Source of the DNA: Octopus vulgaris
Taxonomy: Eukaryota
DNA length: 64,000 bases
Reading direction: 5' to 3'
Assembly: GCA_951406725.2 (NCBI GenBank)
Contig: OX597825.1
Span: 16,058,001-16,122,000 of the forward strand
The notes under the pieces: model-generated
What the model saw: only the letters and a program-made list of their open reading frames with translations
What the model was told of the DNA's origin: nothing
The model's database searches: none
Part shown: positions 51,960 to 64,000 of the stretch, piece after piece
Position numbering within the stretch: position 1 is the stretch's first letter
How the letters are laid out: each line of letters opens with the position of its first letter
Position numbers and translations under genes: made by a program

Positions 51960-52405
51960 AAATTGATCCTCAGCCCAGGGATCTAACCTGAATGATTGCG
52001 ACTGAAAGTCAGCCAAGCAGCAGATGCTGTTGCCGTTGAGCGAAACGGTCTTCGTCCCAGAGCTTGCAAGACGGGAGAAGTCCGAAACATGGTCCTTCGC
52101 TATTCGTAAGACCCACAGAAGAGAAAGCAGGTCAACCCCCGACACCGAGAGCATCGACAGATGGATGAATGCACATCCAAGCTCAGCGGTTGCATAGGAA
52201 GTCGGGGACAAGAAACAGGAAGAAAGAGTGAGAGAAAGTTGGAGCGAAAGAGTACAACAGGGGTCGCCACCACCTCCTGCCGGAGCCTCGTGGAGCTTTA
52301 GGTGTTTTTGCTCAATAAACACACACAACGCCTGGTCTGGGAATTGAAACCGCAATCCTCCGACCGTGAGTCCGCTGCCCTAACCATTGGGCCATTGCGC
52401 CTCCA
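51960..52405 (-). mobile_element. tRNA-derived SINE family C
   Basis: Minus-strand head GGAGGCGCAATGGCCCAATGGTTAGGGC and B-box GGTTTCAATTCC. Confidence 0.75.
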
Positions 52406-52855
52406 CTGCAGATGCTGCTGGTACTCCATGTGATGGATAAAGTTTATCAACTTAGAAGAGGCCCCACTCCAGATGGCTGGATGTGATTGGAGAAGATCGC
52501 CAGAGGTTCGATATCACCTTGGAGGATGCAGAGGGGCTGGCTCAGGACTGCCAGTGATGGAGACCACTGGTGAACCTGGTCAGCTCTATGTATGATGACA
52601 CCTCTGGGACCACTAACCTGGGATGACCTGAACCCCATCAAGCCAGAGCATCAAGCAGGCTTCCACATAGTTTCCACCTACAAAATTTTATTCACAGGTC
52701 TTTAAGAAACCTAGATGTGGCTGTGGGCATTAAGAAGCTTGCTTCCCAAACTACATGGTTAAGGGTTCAGTTCTATTCCTTGGCACTTTTGGCAACTGTT
52801 TTCTACTTTAGTCCTGAGCTGACCAAAGCCTTGTGAGTGAATTTGGTAGATAGAA

Positions 52856-53087
52856 GGCGGTGAGCTGGCAGAAACGTTAGCATGCTGGGTGAAATGCTTA
52901 GCGTTATTTCGTCTGCTGCTATGTTCTGAGTTCAAATTTTGCCAAGGTCGACTTTGCCTTTCTTCCTTTCAGGGTCGATTAAATAAGTACCAGTTTCGCA
53001 CTGGGGTCGATATAATCTACTTAATCCGTTTGTCTATCCTTGTTTGTCCTCTCTGTGTGTAGCCCCTTGTGGGTAGTAAAGAAATAA
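52856..53087 (+). mobile_element. SINE family B nested in an older family A copy
   Basis: Family A sequence breaks at GGTAGATAGAA and resumes at AGAAACTGTG. Confidence 0.8.
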
Positions 53088-53910
53088 GAAACTGTGTGCA
53101 AGCCTATCACACGTGTGTGTGTGTGCGCGTGTACGTACATGCATGTCAATGTGTGCATTTCCTTGCCTTGATATCATGTGATAGTTGTAAACCCAAAACT
53201 GCACTGTTACAAAGTGAAATTCTTTACTATACAGCTACACCTGTGCACATGTCTGGAGATATAAGACAGGATGGTCATAACTAGAAATACTCTGGTCACA
53301 AATTCTGCTTGATTAATGCTAGTTTTGGAGATAACAACATCAATTCCAATTTAGAATATTTCCCATTCCTGTTTAACACAAACCAATGTTTTTTCCCCCA
53401 TTTTTTTTTTTTTTTTTATGGCACTCCACTAATTTAAATAAATCGGAGGAATTTTTCCTTTTTAGAGATTTTTAGTATTCTACAAGATATAAAGTCTGAA
53501 TTGGAAATGGATTTTCACATCTTTATACACAAAAGTTACGGCATCAGCAAACACATTTCGAAAGAAATATCTGTTTGTCTTTTTTTTTTTAGTTTAGAGA
53601 CAAAAATTGATTAAATGGGAAAATATATCAATAAAAGATAAAATATTGTTTTCTTTTAATCTTTAACAAAGTAGTCGCATCATGTTTTGAGTGAAGAACT
53701 TGATTTTCTTAGCTTCTCTCTCTCTCTTTCACAAACACACACAAACACACGCAGAATTTTATCACTGTTTATTCTTGTACCAGTGGTATGTTATCAACAA
53801 TGATGACAGTTTTCTTAATCACAGAAATTGTTTTCCAATCAGAAAAACAACGGGGTTTTTTTGCCATAATGTTTTCTACAAATATTTATACACTCTGTTG
53901 AATGGTTTAT

Positions 53911-54310
53911 ACTCTTTTACTCTTTTATTTGTTTCAGTCATTTGACTGCGGCCATGCTGGAGCACCGCCTTTAGTCAAGCAACTCAACCCCGGGACTTAT
54001 TCTTTGTAAGCCCAGTACTTATTCTATCGGTCTCTTTTGCCGAACCGCTAAGTGACGGGGACGTAAACACACCAGCATCGGTTGTCAAGCAATGCTAGGG
54101 GGACAAACACACACACACACAAACACACACACATGCACATATTATACGACAGGTTTCTTTCAGTTTCCGTCTAACAAATCCACTCACAAGGCATTGGTCG
54201 GCCCGGGGCTATAGCAGAAGACACTTGCCCAAGATGCCACGCAGTGGGACTGAACCCAGAAACATGTGGTTGGCTAGCAAGCTACTTACCACACAGCCAC
54301 TCCTGCGCCT
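53911..54310 (-). mobile_element. SINE family A
   Basis: Full reverse-complement copy. Confidence 0.85.
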
Positions 54311-54463
54311 ATGTTTATGTTCAGATATTTTCAAAAAAGAGGACAATACGAGAACCGAAGACAAAACACTCCTAGTATTCACTTGAAATGTATATGCATG
54401 TATACATACATGCACATATATGTGTGTGTGTGTGTATGTTTATGTATGTATATGCATTATAAA

Positions 54464-54672
54464 CAGGGTGTCCCAGAAGTCGCTTACCATTCTGGTTTTC
54501 ATTTAAAGTAATTAAAGCATTTTACTTCATTACATTTTTTCTGCATGTTTTATTGTAGAGGGTGGTCAATTTGAGCATTTGTTACGATTAATTTCAACAA
54601 AGTGTTTTTGAAATCAATAGGGGTGTATTCTTTTAAAAAACGAGGATGGGGCGTGACTTCTGGGACACCCTG
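54464..54672. mobile_element. Tc1/mariner MITE
   Basis: TIRs CAGGGTGTCCCAGAAGTC / GACTTCTGGGACACCCTG|TA. Confidence 0.85.
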
Positions 54673-54826
54673 TATATGTATGTATATATATATATATATA
54701 TTCTGTTGTGTCTGGGGAGAGTCATTCTCTTTTTGTGCCTTATTATTTGACACACTCACTGGTAAAATTTCCACTTATTTCTTATTTTTATTTTCTAAAG
54801 TTTTGCAAACCAAATCCAAAAACGAA

Positions 54827-54875
<49 letters not shown>

Positions 54876-54876
54876 C

Positions 54877-54953
<77 letters not shown>

Positions 54954-55386
54954 CAGATAAGGAAATCATTGATACTCAAATGCAGAATAATGCTGACAGA
55001 ACAGCAGGAGCAAGATAAAATATCCATATTTTGCAGAAAAATTTGTCAGCAGCCAGCCATGAGACTTGAACTCACATCCCTGTGAGGTCATGATTGTGAA
55101 GTTGTGAATTTAATTCCCAGACTGAGCTGTGTGTTGTGTTCTTGAGCAAGGCACTTCATTTTACGTTGTTCCAGTTCAGTCATCTGTAAAAATGAGTTGT
55201 GACGTCACAGGTCTCAAGCTGTATCGGCCTTTGCCTTTCCCCTGGATAACACTGGTGGCGTGGAGAGAGGAAGCCGGTATGCATGGGCGACTGCTGGTCT
55301 TCCATAAACAACCTTGCCCGGACTTGTGCCTGGGAGGGTAACTTTCTAGGTGCAATCTCATGGTCAGTCATGACCGAAGGGGGTCT

Positions 55387-55425
<39 letters not shown>

Positions 55426-55913
55426 TAGATAATGTTATCTTGTTTGGATGTAAGAATTACTCTGCAGTTTTTTGAAAATGATACTTGCCATTCCAACCCA
55501 CTTTTAGTTTTAATTCAATTACTCTCATACACTCAAGTGTGACAGTTAAACACTTCATCCTTCTACTCATTTTCATTTTACATCCACTGTCACTCATTTC
55601 TACTGTCAATCACTAACTCTCTCATTGTCTCTTGATGACCTACTACTTCTACACTCATTGTGATGGCAAATATGTACATATAGCTAATTATTATTTGTTG
55701 ATGTTAGAAAGAAATGTGTTAAAAATAATTTATTCTTCTGAATGTTAATGAAAGTTTCAGACAATTAAGAAAGTGACTCATTAAACACAGTTTCTAATGG
55801 TGAATAAATAACTTATTTGAAGTATCTTACAAGTGTTGGAATACATATTAAACGACAAAAGTTAATTGTTTTACTTATTAGTGTAATATGTAATATTTCT
55901 GAAACAGCTTTAA

Positions 55914-56134
55914 CCTTTTAGCATTTAAACTGGCCATAACCGGCCAAAAGTATTCTCCCTGTTTTATGTTCAAAATGGCCAGATTTGGTCTCTCACACCA
56001 ACCCTACAATATCATTTAAAAAATTAACAGCTACCTCATCAAAATCTCAAAGCTACAAGATAATGCATGATTAGTTCAAGGCAATGTGGATGAAAAAGCA
56101 TTAATTTTGGTAGAATAATGCGAACAGTAAAGGG
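55914..56134. mobile_element. piggyBac-type MITE (decayed reverse copy at ~38470-38690)
   Basis: TTAA|CCTTTTA ... TAAAGGG|TTAA. Confidence 0.65.
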
Positions 56135-57189
56135 TTAAGCAGTCTTTATTTCTATACATGTGTGATGGTGCATGACCTATAGGTTAGGGTGTTGCACTCA
56201 CAATTGCAAAATTGTAGTTTCACTTCTCAGACTGGGTAGTTTGTTGTGTTCTTGAGCAAAACACTTCATTTCACATTGAGTTGCAATCACTTTGATATCT
56301 GACGTGTAGTGCAATTTGCATCTGTACAAGGAATGACAATTTGACAGATGGACTGAGCTAATGGATGGTACAAACGTTTTGATCACTATAAACAGATCAT
56401 CTATGCAGATTATTCAAAAAGAAGTTGTTGAACCTTCGTCTGTCTTTATAACAGAATGACCCTCCATTTTTGTTCATGTACCTTCTTTGTAGCTCCAATC
56501 CATTAATTAATTCATACAGAAAATTTTGTTTGGTTTTATTAAGAGAAATTTTTTTGTTTATTATATTACGTGGCTCCACCATTGCCTGCGCTGGTGCCAT
56601 GTAAAAGGCATCCAGTCCATACTGTGAAGTGGTTGGCATTTGGAAGGGCATCCAGCTGTATAAACCATACCCAAACAGACACAGTAGCCTGGTATAGTCT
56701 TCTACTTGGCTGGCTCCTGTTAAACTGTTCAATCCATGCCCGTATGGAAGGCGGACTTTAAACAATGATGATTATGACCATCATCATCATCATCATCACC
56801 CTTATCATTAAAGTAATACTTACAACTTAAGCCCTTCGCTCTCTTTGGTACTTAGCCCACCCATGACTTATCTCTCCTGTTTTCAACTCTGCGCTGTCAT
56901 TTCCTCACCCAGGTTTTGCTGGTTTTGAATTGTCAACAGGTTAGAAGTTCAAGTTGGTGTTATGACTAAAGTGCCATATTTTTGGCTTTGCACAGGTTAT
57001 TGTTCTAGAGAATGTCTGTCAAAGCATAAGAAAATTAGAAGTTTGTTTTAAATGTAATTCGATTACAAAACGATAGTGTGATCTTAAGATGATAATGAAA
57101 GGTGTTTGCTATGATTACATTTAAAAATACTTTTGACAATGTTTACAGATTAAAATGTTTTGGAGATTACATAGACAATATTTTTCATA

Positions 57190-58190
57190 AGATATGAGCA
57201 GTTCCCATGTGCACTATTTTTTACATTTCTTCCATTTTGGGATTTCCTGGTATGTGAGATAGGTAGCAACCAGCTCCTTTTGTTATCATTCCTAGGGCAC
57301 CTAAACCAACAGGTATTGTCTTAAGGTTCCACATTTTACCAATTTTTATTTCAAGGTTTTTATACTTGCTGAGTTTTTGGTAGGTCTTGACAGATGCATT
57401 TATGTTGATTGGGACAGTCATATCAATGAGCAGGCATGATTTTTGTTTGAAATCCTTCAATGTAGTGTCTGGCCTATTTGCATCTATCTTTCTGTCAGTT
57501 TGAATGGTGAAGTTCCAATGGAGTGAGATGTGGCCATTTTCAAGCTCTGGAGGTGGTTTGTGTTCCCACCAGTTTTTATCATGGAGCAGGTCCAGGTCTT
57601 TGCAAATTACCCAATGAATATATTGTGCCACTCTATCATGCCTGTTGAGGCACAAGAAGGCTGCACATGGAGACATCATCATCATCGTTTAACGTCTGCT
57701 TTCCATGCTAGCATGGGTTGGATGATTTGACTGAGGACTGGTGAACCAGATGGTTGCACCAGGCTCCAATCTTGATCTGGCAGAGTTTCTACAACTGGAT
57801 GCCCTTCCTAACGCCAACCACTCTGAGAGTGTAGTGGGTGCTTTTATGTGGTACTGGCAACATGATAAATTATTTCATTTTGCTGCTTACATACATGGCA
57901 TATTGGGCTACTTCCATTCTTAAGTTGTTGGCCTGGTAGCTTCTTGTAGGTAGCCATTGATCCTGTGCTGCTATGATAAACCCTTCTGTCTCTGCTTTTA
58001 AGCCAGAAGATACTAACCATTGATGGGTGAGGGCTTTGTCAACATCAACGTGATTTGCATTCTCACTATTCAAAGTCAGTGTAGTTTTCCATGATCTCAT
58101 ACTTACAGACATGAAGTTTTGCAGAATAGGTGCTATTTCATGAATTTCCAAACATTTCTCAATCCAGCTATGAGGCAGACTATCAAAAGT
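57190..58190 (-). mobile_element. R4/Dong-like non-LTR retrotransposon C-terminal fragment (restriction-like endonuclease), interrupted by an RTE tail at ~57675-57850
   Basis: [22 protein letters not shown]; RHDRVAQYIHW; W.F.IQTDRKIDANRPD; LID..VP; K..KY..L; IPV.LGALG. Confidence 0.85.
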
Positions 58191-58289
58191 TTTTTTTATA
58201 GTTTATCCATATATATACACACTCACACACATATACATACACACACATATATATATACATCATATATATATACATATTTACACATATAC

Positions 58290-58360
<71 letters not shown>

Positions 58361-58369
58361 TATATATAT

Positions 58370-58400
<31 letters not shown>

Positions 58401-59782
58401 CATATATATATACACACATGTACATACACACTCATGCATGCACACACATATATGTATATATACCCAGGCTATTATCATCATCATCATCATCATTATACTG
58501 TAATATATTCTGATGTGTCATGATTTCCTCAAAATTCATCTTGTTTTTTTTTTATCGTAAATTTATTATTACCTTTCTTTGGAGATGTTTACCAAATACA
58601 GAATAGTTGTTAGCTTTGTGTTGCCTGATGAAAAATAGATATATAATCAAAATATTTTTTAGCTATACAGATTTTGCTTTTCCCATTTTTTTTAGTAAAA
58701 AAAAACAACACTATATCATCCTTATGTGTCTCTTCTCTTTTTAAGTCCGTAGGATGTGAAGAAGATTTGATTATTATTTCTAACAGGGTTAGTGTCTGCT
58801 TAAAGGCTTCCAAAACGAAATACCCAGTCACTCATATTTCTAAAGCAAACATTTTCCTTTTTCCCATTTATGTAAATCAAAAAAGAAACATTTAATGTAT
58901 TTATCATATATCTTTTTTTTTAACTTGTGGCCCATTTTTTTAGATCTTGGTACTTACTCTGTCGGTCTCTTTTGCCAAACTGCTAAGTTATAGGGAATTA
59001 AACACACCAGCACTGTTGTCAAGCAGTGGTGGAGGAACATACTCAAACACATGGACACACACACACACATACATGTATCACAGGCTTCTTTCAGTTTCCG
59101 TCTACCAAATCCACTCACAAGGCTTAATTTATTGACCCTGAAAGGATGAAAGGCAAAGTCGACCTTGATGGAATTTGAACTCAGATCATAAAAACAGATG
59201 AAATACCACTAAGTATTTCACCCAGTCTGCTAACATTTCTTATTTCTTTACTGCCCACAAGGGGACAGACAAAGGGATTAAGTCAATTACATCGACCCCA
59301 GTGCGTAACCGGTTCTTAATTTATCGACCCCGAAAGGATGAAAGGCAAAGTTGACCTTGGCAGAATTTGAACTCAGAACGTAATGGCAGACGAAATACTG
59401 CTAAGTTTTTCGCCCGGCATGCTAACGTTTCTGCCAGCTCATTGCGTTATTTTGTTAGAAATATCATGAAAAAGTTAAGACAGCAGACTAGGTGTAGGTA
59501 CCAGATGGCCATGAGTTCAAGCATTTACTGAAACCGTTGTACTTTTTTATTTGGGCAGGGTACATAACTCTATTTGTCTCAGTCCACCTGACTGATAAAC
59601 AGATTTCACTTATGCTGAGTTTAATTTATTGATTCGTTGACTGATTGGTAGATTGATTATTGGTTGACTTAGAATTTAACATTAAAAAAACAAAAAAGAA
59701 TAAATTGCTACAGTTAAATCCATGATGACATGGGAAAAATTAATTAAAAACAACAAAATAAATATGCAACAACAAAAACAAC

Positions 59783-60313
<531 letters not shown>

Positions 60314-60904
60314 GTTACAAGAATTTTTAGGATTGGTTTCGGTACTTTATTGATTAGTTTCAGAAGCTATTTTTAACATTGCTGACATTTGCTTCAAATA
60401 TGAGATAAAACATCATTTCATGATATGGTGTGGGGGGGGGGGGTTATATTTGCTTGTTTGTTTTCTTTTTTTTTTGTTTTTTTTTTTGTTGTTTTTTGCT
60501 AAGTTGAGCAACTTTGTGATGGACCAATTAAAAAAATAGAAACAGAGCTATTAATCAATAAAAATATATAATTGAACTGTGGAAGTATGGTTTCAGTTTT
60601 ATAGATTTGCTTTTAAAATATTATTTCCATTGAAAAATAATGTACGACTGATGCAATCACTGCGTGTTTAGGTATTGATCTGTTTTCTCTTGCTCTTGCT
60701 TCTCTAGTCATCTATCTGTTTTATACGTCAAACTTACTATTTGCTTGCTTCGGTAATGCACCCACGCGCTGAGTCACTTATCTGACCATTCATCACTTTT
60801 TCACTCTCTGACTCTAACAGAAGCATAAAGTATGAATTATCTTTGCTGCCAGTGCTTGATGTAGAATGGATAAAAGTTCAGGAAAGTATTTTCCATAGAT
60901 ATCA

Positions 60905-60970
60905 TGTGGATTTGGTAGATGGAAACTGATAGAAGCCTATCGTATATATGTATATATATATATATGTATG

Positions 60971-61029
<59 letters not shown>

Positions 61030-61107
61030 GTATATATATGTATATATATATATGTATATATATGTATATATATATATGTATATATATATATGTATATATA
61101 TATTATG

Positions 61108-61178
<71 letters not shown>

Positions 61179-61415
61179 GTATGTATGTATGTATGTACGT
61201 GTGTGTATATGTTTGTGTGTCTTTGTCCCCCCAACATTGCTTGACAACTGATGCTGGTGTGTTTATGTCCCTGTAACTTAGCAGTTCGGCAAAAGAGACC
61301 AATAGAATATGTACTAGGCTTACAAAGAATAAGTCCTGGGGTTGATTTGCTCGACTAAAGGCGGTGCTCCAGCATGACCACAGTCAAATGACTGAAACAA
61401 GTAAAAGAGAGTAAA
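60905..61415 (+). mobile_element. 5'-truncated SINE family A with an expanded internal (TA)n
   Basis: Family A body and 3' tail around a ~260-bp microsatellite. Confidence 0.8.
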
Positions 61416-63109
61416 GGGAGATGCAGGTGTGGTTCCTGGCTTTGAAGCTTGCTTTGCAACCCTGTCGATTTGGGTTCAATCCCAACTAAGCTAAAGCTTG
61501 GGCAGTGTCTTGACTTATAAACCTTAATATAATTTGGTAGTACACCATGGTTGTCAAACAAAATACGGTGTCCCTACAAGCAATAAATATGTTCAACTTG
61601 AATCTCCATCAGTTCTGTGGCCAATCAAATATTTACTAGGCTAACATGATACATATGTATTAGAGTTGATGTGATCAAATAAACCTTTGAAGGCAGTACC
61701 CCAACATAGCCGTAAGTACCTGAAATCATTAAAAGAATAAAATTTCTGAAATTCTTATAGTGTTCTCTCTGTGTCTATGTCCTGATTCTGTTAGAAACTA
61801 GGGACTTCAATGAAAATGTACTTAATCATAATTGTCATCATCATTTTAATGTCCTCTTTCTCATGCTTGCATAGACCAGATTGAGTTTATTGAGGCAGAT
61901 TTCTTATGGCTGGATGCCCTTCCTGTTGCCAACACTAACCTGTTTCTGAGCATGGTAATATTTCCTCATAACTAAATGCAATATAACACCAAAAAAAAAA
62001 AAAAAACAGATGATGAGGAATAATTTCTTGTAAAAGACAACAAAATCTTTCCTCAGGAAAATAGCAAAAAAAATGTTAAGAGCAAATCAAGCAAACAGCT
62101 AATTGACAAAATTACACATCTCTGGTGCCACACACTCTCTGAAGAAGTTGGAATGCTACAAAAGCTGTTAAGTTTAGAATATAAAGAACTTGCAAAAGAT
62201 AGACTGCTAGTAGAATTAAAATTAAAACTTTATATCAAACTTATAAAATGATACCCTCAAAGTGTTGACATTTTTCAAAATCAGATATCTCAAAAATGCT
62301 TACTGGTGCATTTGGTTGCATTCAAACTCAGTTTGAGAAGTAGTTAAGCAAATAGGGTCATGGAATACCCCATTCGACCTAGCTTGAAAATATTTCGAGT
62401 TTTATTTCTTTAAATTATGTCTTGTAATTATTGCGTTTTATTATATATTTTTAAATTTCTGTCAATATCTGTGGGTGTGTGTGCACACATATATGTATGT
62501 GTAGCATATATGTGTGCACATGTTTGTGTGTGTGTGTATATGTATATATATGTGGAGGCGCAATGCCCAGTGTGTAGGTGTGTGTGTGTGTGTGTGTGTG
62601 TGCATGTGTATATATAAAAATATATGTGTATATATATATGTGTATATATACTCTCTGTGTCACGCTGAATATCCCCGAGAACTACGTTAAGGGTACACGT
62701 GTCTGTGGAGTGCTCAGCCACTTACACGTTAATTTCATGAGCAAGCTGTTCCGTTGATTCGGATCAACCGGAACTCTTGTCGTCGTAACCGACGGAGTGC
62801 TTCCCATATATATATATGTGTGCGTGTGCATCTTTTTTTAATATTTTCCTTGTTTTGGTCATTGGATTGTGGCCATACTGGGGCACTGCCTGGAATATAT
62901 TTACCCTTTGAAATCCTCTATACATCCTTCTATATATTGTATAATATCTCTCACCCAGCCTCACCACCACCTTCATCATTTGTAGATGTTCACCATTTCT
63001 TTCTTTGATGCCTTTAACGAAAGTCTGGCATATTTTTTTTTTCATCTCTTTGAGCTCGTGCGGCTAATAAAGAGAACTTCATCACCATCAACATCATTAT
63101 AATAGTAAT

Positions 63110-63430
63110 GGCAATAGTGATGGTGGTGGCAGTTGCGATGGTCACTGTGGTAGTGATGATGGTGTGATGGTGGTGGTGGTGGTGGTGTGATGGTAATGGT
63201 GATGGTGGTGGTGGTGGTGGTGGTGGTGGTGGTTGCTGTGGTAGTGATGATGGTGTGGTGGTGGTGGTGGTACTGGTGATGGTGTGATGGTAATGGTGGT
63301 GGTGTTGGTGGTGGTGGTGGTGGTGGTGGTGGTGATGGTGTGATTGTGGTGGTGGTGGTGATGGTGTGATGGTAATGGTGATGGTGGTGATGGTGGTGGT
63401 GGCGGTGTTGGTGGTGGTGTTGGTGGTGTA
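63110..63430. repeat. (GGT)n/(GAT)n microsatellite
   Basis: Directly visible. Confidence 0.95.
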
Positions 63431-64000
63431 ATTATGGCTATGATGATAAGGAGATACAAGATGGTGGTACCCTCAAGGTTATCATTAACATTGACATGTT
63501 TAAGACAAGTGAGCTGGCAGAACCTATTAAACGCACCTTACAAAATACTTAGCGGCATCCCGTCTGTCTTTACGTTCTGAGTTCAAATCCTGCCAAGGTT
63601 AATAATTGATAAAATAAGTAAATAAGTACCAGTCAAATATTATGGGGTGGAGCAGGGGGACTGATGTAATTGACTTCCCCTCCCCTCAAAAACTGCCGGT
63701 TCTGTGCCAATATTTGAAACTATAATCATGGAGATGTTAGACATTACAGTTCTTAGTGTTGTTTGAAGGCGCATGGCTCAATGGTTAGAACATCGGGTTT
63801 ACAATTGTGAGATAGTGAGTTCAATTCCCAGACCGGGGTGTGTGTTGTGTTCTTGAGCAAGACACTTTATTTCACGTTGCTCCAGTTCACTCAGTTGTAG
63901 AAATGAGTTGTGACGTCTCTATCCTTTTATTGTTTGGCATTTCTATCCCCATTTCAAGTTCTGTTTGTAGTAGTAGTAGTTGTAGGAGTGGTAGTAGTAG

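Noticed and set aside
52330-52405. tRNA-like heads of SINEs as tRNA genes
   Set aside because: They run directly into SINE bodies and lack a complete cloverleaf.
60708-60752. Possible 45-nt frame-preserving micro-exon (TAG acceptor, G|GTAATG donor) near a TGAGTCA site
   Set aside because: Such signals occur often by chance and there is no independent support.

Overview
AT-rich eukaryotic DNA, extremely rich in microsatellites and interspersed repeats. The repeat repertoire (tRNA-derived SINEs, RTE LINEs with (GAT)n tails, long (TA)n/(CA)n tracts) suggests a cephalopod, probably Octopus; this is inferred, not database-checked. Most ORFs in the track are microsatellite artefacts. The only convincing host coding sequence is one exon at 40229-40579 (+): ATG at 40266, in-frame stop upstream, good splice sites, product unidentified. 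The rest looks intronic or intergenic and holds decayed RTE, CR1/L2-like, R4/Dong-like and Penelope-like retroelements, plus Tc1/mariner, pogo, piggyBac and hAT remnants. The main observation is a cluster (22-45 kb) of about 8-9 sequence-distinct small elements carrying minimal type I hammerhead ribozyme (HHR) folds with palindromic stem III. Most lie next to (TA)n tracts and many form long fold-back inverted repeats. One family shows a circularly permuted ~243-nt monomer (retrozyme-like). Two carry compensatory substitutions at the catalytic 3-8 pair (U3-A8 and G3-C8). A decayed Penelope-like RT lies among them. All folds were read by eye; none was computed or tested.
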